Shown here: positions 12,601 through 21,715 of the stretch, piece by piece | Layout: every line of letters starts with the position of its first letter | Position numbering within the stretch: position 1 is the first letter of the stretch | Source of the DNA: Trypanosoma brucei | Lineage: Eukaryota | Reading direction: 5' to 3' | Length of the DNA stretch: 64,000 bases | NCBI GenBank assembly: GCA_000002445.1 | Contig: CM000207.1 | Span: 1,120,001-1,184,000 of the forward strand | Notes under the pieces: generated by a model | What the model was told of the DNA's origin: nothing | The model's database searches: none | The model's input: the letters and a program-made list of their open reading frames with translations, nothing else | Position numbers and translations under genes: made by a program

Positions 12601-13102
12601 ACATCCGCTTCGTTATGGTGTTGCAGACTGTTTCATACTGTTAGGGATGTGGATAGTTGTTCGGTTTACATTTTTTGCGAATGCTTAATCGCATACACTG
12701 TACTGACGTGGAAACAACTAGGTGAATGAACAGTGTTGGAACTTGGGATGCACACGATCACACAAGCACTGGACAAAACTGTGGCTGATTTGGGAATCAA
12801 CGGTTCATACCGGATGCTCGCGCCCAACACAAAACTGTTTCACTACACGTCATGTTTCACGTCTGAAAAATATGCGGGTGGAAACGCCTACCTGCTGCGG
12901 CCGATCCTCCAATTGGCAATGCGAAGGCACCGGGAAAGAGGTTTGGAATAACTCAAAACAAAACTGCTCGATTAAATAAGGGGGGATAATACATTGCTTG
13001 TTGGGGATGGATTTACGGTTTTGTAAAAAAAAAAAAAAGAGCGCGTGGGCGCCACAAGTTTATACACTATTTGTATCAAGTTTTGCTGTCTGCCGCTATG
13101 GC

Positions 13103-14566
13103 TCATAACAGTAAAAATAACGCCAGTGGCGTTTGGAGGTTGTTCACACGGCTTCGGATAGCTCGTCTTCGCGTCGCGGCCACGCATGCATCTCCATTCC
13201 ACTCACATCCCATTTCCGCTTTTAGGCCGGCACATGTTTGCTCCCGCTTGTAATCGTTGCATTCAAGTAAAGGGGAACTGTCCCCCCCGTCTCCTTCGTC
13301 GTTTTTTACTGCGGCACCAACGACGGACTCCGATATGCCTTCTCTATTACCGTTGCTTTGTTCGAGTCTGGGTGAGCCCGGCCATTTATTTCTACCCTCC
13401 GCACCTCTGCTTCCTGAGTGAGGGCTGCCACCCCCCCTGCCGGGTCTGATTTTTGTGTGTTTCGTGTTTAAGGCCATTATTTCGTCTTCTAACTCACTTA
13501 ACCTCGCGTCGATGGCGCTTAGTTGGTCTATAGCATCGGCTGCCGCCTTCATTTTCTCCAGCCACGGTAGGGTCGGATTATTTCGCTTGACGTTGCTTAC
13601 ACTGTATTGCACGCAGCGTCCCTGCCCGGTTTTGATGATTCCAGTACAACCTGTGGCCAAATTACCCTCAAACTTGCCTAGCACTGTCAAATCCATGCCC
13701 CTTGTACTCGAGGGCCGAAGCCGCTTGAGAAGCAGATTCATTGCGTCCGAAAGACTTTTCCTCGAAAGCTCGGCATTACTGCCAATTTTCTCGCATTGGT
13801 GTTTGAGATATCCCCATCTTTCTTCTCCAGCCTGACTGGGTATCCACGTGTCGCTATTGCCCCCTTTTTCGCATTCCGCGCAGCAACCCTGGTCGCTTTC
13901 AACGGCACTTCCCGATGCACCACATAGACACAATAAGTCAATACTCAATGCCAAACCAGCCAAACTTCCTGCAAATATCCCTCGGCCGCAAACATCCTTG
14001 CGACCGTATGTTCCCCTCATTACCTCCCCATTTTGTTGTCCGGACCCATAGAGTGCCTCTATCAGATTTTTTTCTATTGATGTCTCCTTCAATATTCTCC
14101 ATAATCCATCATTATCTTTCATGCAATCCTCGGCACGTTCTGCGGCATTTGCTACCTTTCTCTTATCTTCTTTACTCAAGGCACTCCCGGTCCATACCGC
14201 ATATTTGTCCTTTTCAGGACCCCCAAGCTTGCTCCTTGCTCCTGTCCAAAATTTCCGGTGCCCCTCATTTGTTTCGTGAGAATGTTTTCTGTCGTCCGCT
14301 ATTTCTTCCCAATCTTTAGTTGCTCTCTCCAAATCAGAAAAACTCTGATACTCTACGGCCAAGCTTATAGCTCCAATGTTTGCTGCTGTGTCTTCGACTC
14401 GCGCAAGAAGTGCCGCGTGGTCTTCGGAGTTGCTCGCCAAATTAATTAAACCACACAACGCCCTAAAGTCGCCCTCATTTTCTGCACCCTTTGCAACTAG
14501 TGCCGCGCGCGGAATCAAAGGCAGCGTTACTATCGACACAAAAATAGCCCACCTCCCGATCAACAT
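13103..14566 (-). CDS. Variant surface glycoprotein (VSG), B-type N-terminal domain, with Cys-rich C-terminal domain and hydrophobic GPI-signal tail
   Basis: 487 aa from ATG. The listed ORF starts at GTG 14584. Signal peptide MLIGRWAIFVSIVTLPLIPRAALVA. B-type hallmark ...GSLAGLALSIDLLCLCGASG.... C-terminal block CNDYKREQTCAGLKAEMGCEWNGDACV followed by ...LALFLLL. The length is typical of T. brucei-type VSGs. Confidence 0.8.
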   Translation of the reverse strand: MLIGRWAIFVSIVTLPLIPRAALVAKGAENEGDFRALCGLINLASNSEDHAALLARVEDTAANIGAISLAVEYQSFSDLERATKDWEEIADDRKHSHETNEGHRKFWTGARSKLGGPEKDKYAVWTGSALSKEDKRKVANAAERAEDCMKDNDGLWRILKETSIEKNLIEALYGSGQQNGEVMRGTYGRKDVCGRGIFAGSLAGLALSIDLLCLCGASGSAVESDQGCCAECEKGGNSDTWIPSQAGEERWGYLKHQCEKIGSNAELSRKSLSDAMNLLLKRLRPSSTRGMDLTVLGKFEGNLATGCTGIIKTGQGRCVQYSVSNVKRNNPTLPWLEKMKAAADAIDQLSAIDARLSELEDEIMALNTKHTKIRPGRGGGSPHSGSRGAEGRNKWPGSPRLEQSNGNREGISESVVGAAVKNDEGDGGDSSPLLECNDYKREQTCAGLKAEMGCEWNGDACVAATRRRAIRSRVNNLQTPLALFLLL

Positions 14567-16964
14567 GCGCACTTTTTCAACCACCGCTTTTCTTTACAAA
14601 CTCTAGTCCCTTTAAATGGCTCTTTGAACACACCTCCACAAAGTTTACCAAGAAGTAAAAAATGAGTGAAAACGGAGCAGAAGATGCCTGCCGCGTTGAG
14701 CAGTGCACTCACTTGCCTGTGCGCATTGTGATGGCCATACTGTTTTCAACGCCCACTAAAAAATGACCATTCCTCTCATTATTTAAGCGAATGAACTATA
14801 TATTTACAAAACATTTTTGCATGTATTAGTTTATATCAAAAGTGCCAATTTTCTAACCAGAACAAGGGGATGCACAACTGCGAAAACAGCGTTACTAAAA
14901 TAAAATTAGGTAGCAAACGCAGAATCTGATTTGGTGCATGCAGGTGCTGGGGAATTTGTGATATTTTCCAGTTTGAATTCTTAAGAATTGTACACCTTTG
15001 CTTTCGGTAAAAATTCTCAACTTCTTTCAGCTTGGCTTTTGCATCCTATTTAGCTTTAGCTTTAGCGTTTCGTTGGTATTTTTGATTTTCCACTATCTGT
15101 AATTCTGGATTCGTTACCCGCTACGACTGCAACAAATCCACGCCTCTACCTTCCATTAAAAGTTCATCTATATACTGAATTGGCTTTTGATTTTTTTCTT
15201 TAGTTAGCACCTTGCTTCTCAATTTCGAATTTCCTCCACCACACTTCCCATACCTACATCAACTGACTTCTAATTTGAAAGTTATTTTCTCACCATCTTC
15301 TAGTTTATCCGGGCGTGGTTTTGTCCATTTTCAACTCTGCCCTCTCTAATTTTGGAATGGGTTGTAAAAGCCACTTCTGACGGGTTCAAATTGTTTGGAC
15401 CGTCGACACTCGACGCCATTTTGACGAAACTTCCAATGAAAGCCGGTTCTTTCCTTGATTTTCGGCCAAAAACGACGAAATTCGTTGCCTTTGTTGAGCG
15501 CCCGCCTCGCGTGACATCAAAGATTTTAATTTCCTCCACAATCTTATGACCACTTGCTCCTATAACCAAGCACTTTGACTCACCTTGACAGTTCCTTTCG
15601 ACAACCTCCCACCCGCTGGCGGCCAGATCTCCTACACAGAAACGGTTGTGTCCTTGTTCTCTCTGTGGAAACATATTTATTCTTTCATCAATATTCCTCC
15701 CGTTTACAGTGCCAGTTTTGTTTCCTCTTTTCGTAAAGCTTCTGACTCCCCAGTTTCGCCAGTGATCCTCTAATCACCATAATTCATGCGAGGTCACACA
15801 CCCTGATAAAATTAAGGCATCTTTACCATGCCAACTTTAACATGTCAAGGAAGGTTTAGGACATTTACAACGAGCCCTTAGTTTATTCTATCTGTTCACA
15901 AACCCTCACTCAAAGTCCCTGTTTTGATATACCACAGACCTTTGTGGAGCCGCCTGAGTTTAGAGGAATTTCCGATCCAGCGATGGTATTTCTTATCCCT
16001 GCACCGGTTGAACAAGTGAGGAATTCGTCATAAAAGGTGGCGCATTCGAATGTGATGATATTCAATCCGCAGTTTAAACCACCAGCATTGCCTAATTTTC
16101 CGAAGCGAAGTTTTTTCCGGGACAAAACATACGCATAACTTCTTTATGATTTTCCCTAAACAAGAAAGAATCAAATTTGATGTTGTCATAATTTTTCAAT
16201 AATAATAACAAAGAAAAGATATTAGCACTCTCTGAGGTTCGCTCACTTAAATTTTAAATGCAGATATTAATAGTGGTAAGTCTCGTGAGCCACTCTTTCA
16301 CTTTCTAAGAGTAGAGCAAACGACTCCAGCTCCTGAAGGTGTTTTGGAAAAGCAGCTCTCTCCGCAACCTCTTTTTGAAATTGTGAAGTATGATATTCCT
16401 AGATCTATTAGGAATACACGACCTCCGATGCTGAAACAAACAAAAACATTGCTTACTTACTAGCCATTAGCCCCGTAGTTAAAAACCTTTACTAGAGTTT
16501 TAATAAGTCATCTTTTTGACTCAAAAGAGGTAACGTGTCATGTGTATGATATCAATCACTACACTTGATGCGAACTCATCCTCACGCACTACATACAGAG
16601 TGCCTGCAGAGTCAGGAAACTTTGTGTAAAAACAACAAAAAACCTCCGCGTTTCTTCCTTAAGTTTGTAGACAATATTTTGAAGTAATTATATTGTGGGC
16701 TAAAACTGATCCATAATTACTTCCTTTCTCTCCAGCTCCACCTTCTCGTCGCACCATAATTGCCTTTAGAAGAGGTAATAAATCACCTGTTTTTCTCAAG
16801 TACAACTGCGACGTTGTCGTTATGGTTTGTTTTTCCCTTCTAGAACGTTAATCATCCACATTCCATGTAACCTTTACCTTTATAAAATATGACACTAAAA
16901 TCCACTATTATCCACATTTATATTGTTATTATTAACATAAAGAAGCCACGCGTGTTAGATTGCG

Positions 16965-18110
16965 TTATATCAATAGCAACAAATACACCAACAGAGGTGA
17001 AATGATTTGAGTTTCATTTTTTGGTCGAAGTGGCTTTTGTGATTGTCGTGACGATTCTGTAGTGTTTGTTTCTCTTGAACTAAACGGATCAGTGTCCGTA
17101 GTAGTTTGCGTATTTGTATTTGCATTTGTACCTGATGTTACGGATGCCTCGCTCTCTGCTGCTGTTTGAGGGTGTTGTGGGTGTGGCTGAGCTGGGAGTG
17201 GTTTATTTTTTTCTTCCACATTTTGCTCCGGGGGTTGCACAACAGGTTGTGAAACCCTAGGTTGTTGGTGCGTTTTCCCTCCTTCTGGATTATTTTCTTT
17301 CGATACTGGCGGCCCCTCATTCTTTCTTGCCTCGTTTTGAGGGTTGGCCAGTTTTTCGATAAGTTTTTCCAGTCGTGTAAGCCACTCGACGTTCAGCCTT
17401 CCCGTTTCCTCACCTCCCAGTTTGTACATAACACAAGGGGCGTCCCTCAGATTATCTGAAGCTCCGCAGGATTGAGTGATTGGTGGACTTCCGTGTCCAA
17501 AGCGCTTTGTTTCGCTGTTTCCCGTTCCTCTTTCCCTTTCCTTTAGTTTTGTTGAAAGATTCTCCTTCATTGTTTTCAAAGTTTTGGCATCAGGTCTCGC
17601 AGCGTAAATTGCTGTGGAACATTTTTCCATAACGCTTTTCCAATGCTGTTCTGCTTGTGTTCCGTTGCTCCAGCTTTATTCACCATTTTGCCATATGTTG
17701 CTTTCATAGCACAGATTGACCATTTCGCCTTTACCATTTTGTGGCTTGCACAAACACAGAAGATCTACTGCCAACGCTTTACCTGCAAAAACAACTTCAC
17801 TCGACGTCACTGCATCTACGTAACCGCAGTCATTATAGCGTCGATCTTTTCCATTCCAATTAAGGGAGCCATCACTTCCATCTCCGTACAATATTGTGTT
17901 TATGGTAGTGTTATATTCGTTTTCATTGTCGCCTACTTCATCCTCGTTTTGTTTAACCAACTCTCGTATTCCCAGTGTTAAATTTAAAAAACTGCATAGT
18001 GTGTCAAATTCTTCTTTATTCTTTACGGAGCCGTCTGGGGATGCCTGACAACTCACTTCTTTTATCACCAAAACCAGGCATATCAAAAACCTAACTGAGT
18101 ATTTCCACAT
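16965..18110 (-). pseudogene. VSG-like (B-type) surface protein gene inactivated by a nonsense mutation; the intact paralogue is 38886..40031
   Basis: Copy 2 encodes an uninterrupted 381-aa protein (...NIWQNGEESWSNG...). In copy 1 the minus-strand codon GAA (Glu) is TAA, so plus-strand 17676-17678 reads tta where the partner has ttc at 39596-39598. This splits the gene into ORFs 17676..18110 and 16965..17630. Only 3 other amino-acid differences separate the copies. Confidence 0.8.
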
Positions 18111-19013
18111 TTTCTTGGCTTTCCCGTCTAACTCCTAAGTTTCAGAGGAAGAATTTGTTCAGCGAGTTTCGCAAACATTAAAACATATTTTTGATCTTCA
18201 AATAGAAGCGCAAATTTATATTATACATGCACCATCATACAAGTAATGCACCACGTTAGAATGTGAAAACATTCAGTTAAATTACTGATGGGTAAGCATC
18301 ATTCGCTGCTGGGGCAAATCATTGTTGCATTCAGAGTCGACAACTAATCAATTATGTGCAATTTTGCTTTGCAACAAAAGAAATGCTTATTTTCTTGATG
18401 TGCGTGTTTACTCTTCACCCCTGCGGATCACCATTAACAGGAGCAAACCCTCTTCTTCATCACTTTAAAAACAGAAAAAATGCATCACATACTAGTTCTC
18501 ACACGCTCCAAAAAATTTCGCTTTATAATGTACTTTTTAGAAAGGTTTTCATGGTCCACATGGCTTCAGTGGTCATTCAATTTCACGACAGGTTACCTCT
18601 CTACACAGATCGCGCAGTGCACCACTCCAATAGTCCCTTTTTTACTTCATACCCTTCATAGACTCTGACCCTGTGAAGAGGGGGAGTAGAAGCATGCTCA
18701 CTCGTGGATCGCGTCCGCAGAAAAAATAAAAATATTCTATTACTATATACGCGGACTACGCTACAAGTATAGAATCCTATAATCCATTATGAATGTGTTT
18801 TCTGTTCTTTAGACCGAGGTGTACGCATTTACACCTTCCTACAGTCAAGCTATACGCACAAATCATAGAACGAAATGATAAATTGTAACGGGGGTAAAAC
18901 GTAATGGATGTGTCTCCAAACACGATTATCATCGAATCAATATAGCTAAAGTGATGTGGACTCCAAGTTAGTAATCCCAAAAACAAAACCATTGCACAAA
19001 ATACAACATTGAA

Positions 19014-20129
19014 TCACATAACCAACATTTCTGCAAAAAATATTAGACCTATTATGGCGTGTTGCTTCCTCATTTTGAATCCTTCTTCATCTATAACATC
19101 GTCTTCATCCTCACCTCCCTTGCGCTTCTTCCCACTCTCCTTGAAATATCTACGCACTATCGGGCTCTGAGTTAACAATTCTTTTAGTTTATTTTCATGC
19201 TTTGCAAAGGATGTAAGGGTTGGCTGTACATCACGGTACTGTTTTGTAATACTTTCATATCCTCTTCTAACCAAAGTGTAGTTCTTGATCAGTTCGCGCA
19301 CCATGTCACTAGATTTCAGAATAACGGCAGAATCTTTTTTGTAGGTAACAAACCCTCCAGTAGTCCCCACTATGAAAGATCCAGGTCCTCCATTTGCAAC
19401 CTTTTCCGTGCCCATGATCCAGCACTTTGTGCTGTTATCGGCTGTTAGTTCGACTTCTCGGTTAGCTGTGTATTTTTTAAGCACAGACAATATACCATCA
19501 TCTGAATTATCCTCAGTGAAAGACATATTACATTTGTTTGGGGCTTCCGCTGCTTCGTATTTGCAATTACCTTCCCCACCACTTCCACATCCATTCTCAC
19601 CTCCCGAAGAGCCTGCTTCCTTCACCAAACAACACCATTTACTTTCTTCATCCTTCGTTTTCTCAAACAATACTACCAAATCCCTCAATACTTGTCCAAT
19701 TGACAGTGATGCATTCACAACATGATAGGAGACTCTCACAATGTCTAAGAAACTAGCATCCATTACCTGAAGAGCATTATCCATATTATTCATTACTTTT
19801 TCCATTTCCACATATGTTTTCTTTACATTTTTCATCTCACTTCCATTAACAACCCCTATCTTCTCCAGACCCTGCACTATTGCTTTCCATGTTCTCCCCT
19901 TTACACCATGCCGATGCCGCCATTCCCGAAACTTATCTACCATTCCTGTCGCATTTTGGTGCTTCTTCAGAATCTCAGCACTCACAACCCTTAAGGCATG
20001 ACTGAGGTTACACAATGTTTCAGCTCCCTTGAGAGTCATAGCCTTTCCAGAAGGTTGCCCCTCCACTGTCCCAGTGACAATGCCAAACACTGTCAGGCAC
20101 ACTGCAAGAAAAAGTGATATCACCTTCAT
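19014..20129 (-). CDS. VSG-like surface glycoprotein (371 aa), signal peptide plus C-terminal hydrophobic tail
   Basis: ATG start verified. Signal peptide MKVISLFLAVCLTVFGIVTGTVEG. A Cys-containing central block (CCLVKEAGSSGGENGCGSGGEGNCKYEA). C-terminal acidic stretch then hydrophobic AIIGLIFFAEMLVM. Same family organisation as the neighbouring B-type genes. A paralogue lies at 40935..42050 with 6 aa differences. Confidence 0.65.
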   Translation of the reverse strand: MKVISLFLAVCLTVFGIVTGTVEGQPSGKAMTLKGAETLCNLSHALRVVSAEILKKHQNATGMVDKFREWRHRHGVKGRTWKAIVQGLEKIGVVNGSEMKNVKKTYVEMEKVMNNMDNALQVMDASFLDIVRVSYHVVNASLSIGQVLRDLVVLFEKTKDEESKWCCLVKEAGSSGGENGCGSGGEGNCKYEAAEAPNKCNMSFTEDNSDDGILSVLKKYTANREVELTADNSTKCWIMGTEKVANGGPGSFIVGTTGGFVTYKKDSAVILKSSDMVRELIKNYTLVRRGYESITKQYRDVQPTLTSFAKHENKLKELLTQSPIVRRYFKESGKKRKGGEDEDDVIDEEGFKMRKQHAIIGLIFFAEMLVM

Positions 20130-20296
20130 TATTTATCTAAAAACGAAACAAGTTTACTTGAGGCAATTTAATACAGTATATCTCATTAGAAACTAACACG
20201 CACATGAACACACATATGCATACATACACACCATTTTAAATGCAACAAAGACGCAAAAAAAACATAACATAACATATTTGGTAATGTAATATTAAA

Positions 20297-21715
20297 CTAA
20301 AAGATAAGAATAAGAGATAAGAATAATAACAATATAAACCCCCACGTTTCCATATTCAAATGAGTAAGTCCATCATTATTTACCTCAGTATTATCACCTT
20401 CGCTGTCACCCTTTACTCGGCTACTTTTCCATAGCTCTGCATCACCACCTAGTTTCACCTCAAGAAATATTTCCTCGGCCTCGTGTTGATACTCTTCCAA
20501 CTCATGAAGATGACTGTCAGCTTCTTTTGAATATTTATCCATTTCTTGCAGTTGCTCGGTAGCGTTAGTAAGACGATTGTACCATGGAATTCCACCATTT
20601 TCAAGTGTGTACTTGTAACTGACACATGTGAATCCAGCAGTATGACCCGTGCATGTCCGATTTTCGTTTTTATCAGTTCTCACATAACCAAAAATACCCT
20701 TCACCTGATATTTATCCTGTTCCAAATTCACTAAGGCATCAAACTGAGCTAATGCACTTTTCAAAGTCTTTACATTCGATGCAACGTTTTTGTACACACA
20801 AGCTTTACTAATCACATCCCATGCCTCAGTGTAATTGTATGTTATGTTGTCTGGGCTGCAGGGGCTGCTATTGGCCTCACAGTAATTTGCCATCATTGTC
20901 CAACTTCCATTTTTTGGTCTTCTTATTTCATCTTTACAAGGACAATTGAACCCATTATAAACACTATCACTATATTTGCCCTTACCGCTCTCTTCTTTTT
21001 TTTTATCTTCATTATCTTCATTATCTTCTTCCTCTTTCTCGTCTCTTTTCTGCCTCATATCTTCAGTCACATTTATAGCCTCTCCCACACATAGACAGAA
21101 AAAGTCATTGATTAGTGTCTTTCCAACCAGCTTGTCTCCATAAGAACCGCAACTCGTGCCTGCATTATCAATACTATTGAACAGCAGTGACTTGTTTCCC
21201 CTCATGGCTTTCTCTAGAGTTTTATTCTCATTTCGTGCCACATCCACAGCGTCTCCATACACAGCTTTCAACATATTGTCTTCGGCAGAACGACTTGCAT
21301 TTAACGCTTTTGTCCTATTCACTTCTATTTCTTCCTTCAGCTTTTTCGCCTTTTCAAGCAGTTGTATCATCAACTGATATGCTGTCGTGCTGTTAGATGA
21401 ATTGCTCGAGCCTTTATTACTTCCAGCGGCCCCCACCACACTGACCATTTCCTCCAACTCATTCAGAATATTAGCTTCTTTCTCACGGTTCTTGAAAGAG
21501 GGTTGTGGTGCTTCTGCCTGCGTAATTCGGTAAATTTTGCACAGTGTCTCGAACTCACCGACGTTATGGTATTTGTAACTATCGTCGATGTAATCCGTAA
21601 TGCTTCCCCAGTCAACCATATCAGGCCGCCATTTGTACGACCCCATATCTCCCTGAAAGGAAGGAGATAAAACAGCTGCAAAAAGCCCAACAGCGAACAC
21701 TATTTCACACCTCAT
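20297..21715 (-). CDS. Variant surface glycoprotein (472 aa), B-type N-terminal domain, GPI-signal-like C-terminus
   Basis: ATG verified. Signal peptide MRCEIVFAVGLFAAVLSPSFQG. B-type hallmark GKTLINDFFCLCVGEAINV. Multiple N-glycosylation sequons. C-terminal WGFILLLFLSLILIF. A paralogue lies at 42219..43637. Confidence 0.8.
   Translation of the reverse strand: MRCEIVFAVGLFAAVLSPSFQGDMGSYKWRPDMVDWGSITDYIDDSYKYHNVGEFETLCKIYRITQAEAPQPSFKNREKEANILNELEEMVSVVGAAGSNKGSSNSSNSTTAYQLMIQLLEKAKKLKEEIEVNRTKALNASRSAEDNMLKAVYGDAVDVARNENKTLEKAMRGNKSLLFNSIDNAGTSCGSYGDKLVGKTLINDFFCLCVGEAINVTEDMRQKRDEKEEEDNEDNEDKKKEESGKGKYSDSVYNGFNCPCKDEIRRPKNGSWTMMANYCEANSSPCSPDNITYNYTEAWDVISKACVYKNVASNVKTLKSALAQFDALVNLEQDKYQVKGIFGYVRTDKNENRTCTGHTAGFTCVSYKYTLENGGIPWYNRLTNATEQLQEMDKYSKEADSHLHELEEYQHEAEEIFLEVKLGGDAELWKSSRVKGDSEGDNTEVNNDGLTHLNMETWGFILLLFLSLILIF

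Noticed and set aside
6942-13102. Search by eye for tRNA genes (conserved GTTCGAATC T-loop and A/B boxes) or snRNA/snoRNA in the convergent zone
   Set aside because: None were recognised. This cannot be excluded without tRNAscan or covariance-model searches, so nothing is reported.
15300-15674. 124-aa minus-strand ORF just outside module A, and the 71-aa ORF 15910..16125 (copy at 37844..38053)
   Set aside because: No recognisable family. The 71-aa ORF lies in the diverged flank of the duplication and differs substantially between copies, which suggests it is not under coding constraint.
19197-19756. Plus-strand ORFs antisense to the VSG-like genes (for example 19197..19448, 19372..19725, 21156..21377, and their copies at 41118.., 41293.., 43078..)
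   Set aside because: These are mirror ORFs on the opposite strand of well-supported minus-strand CDSs. Their low-complexity S/L/F-rich translations are typical of antisense reading of coding DNA.
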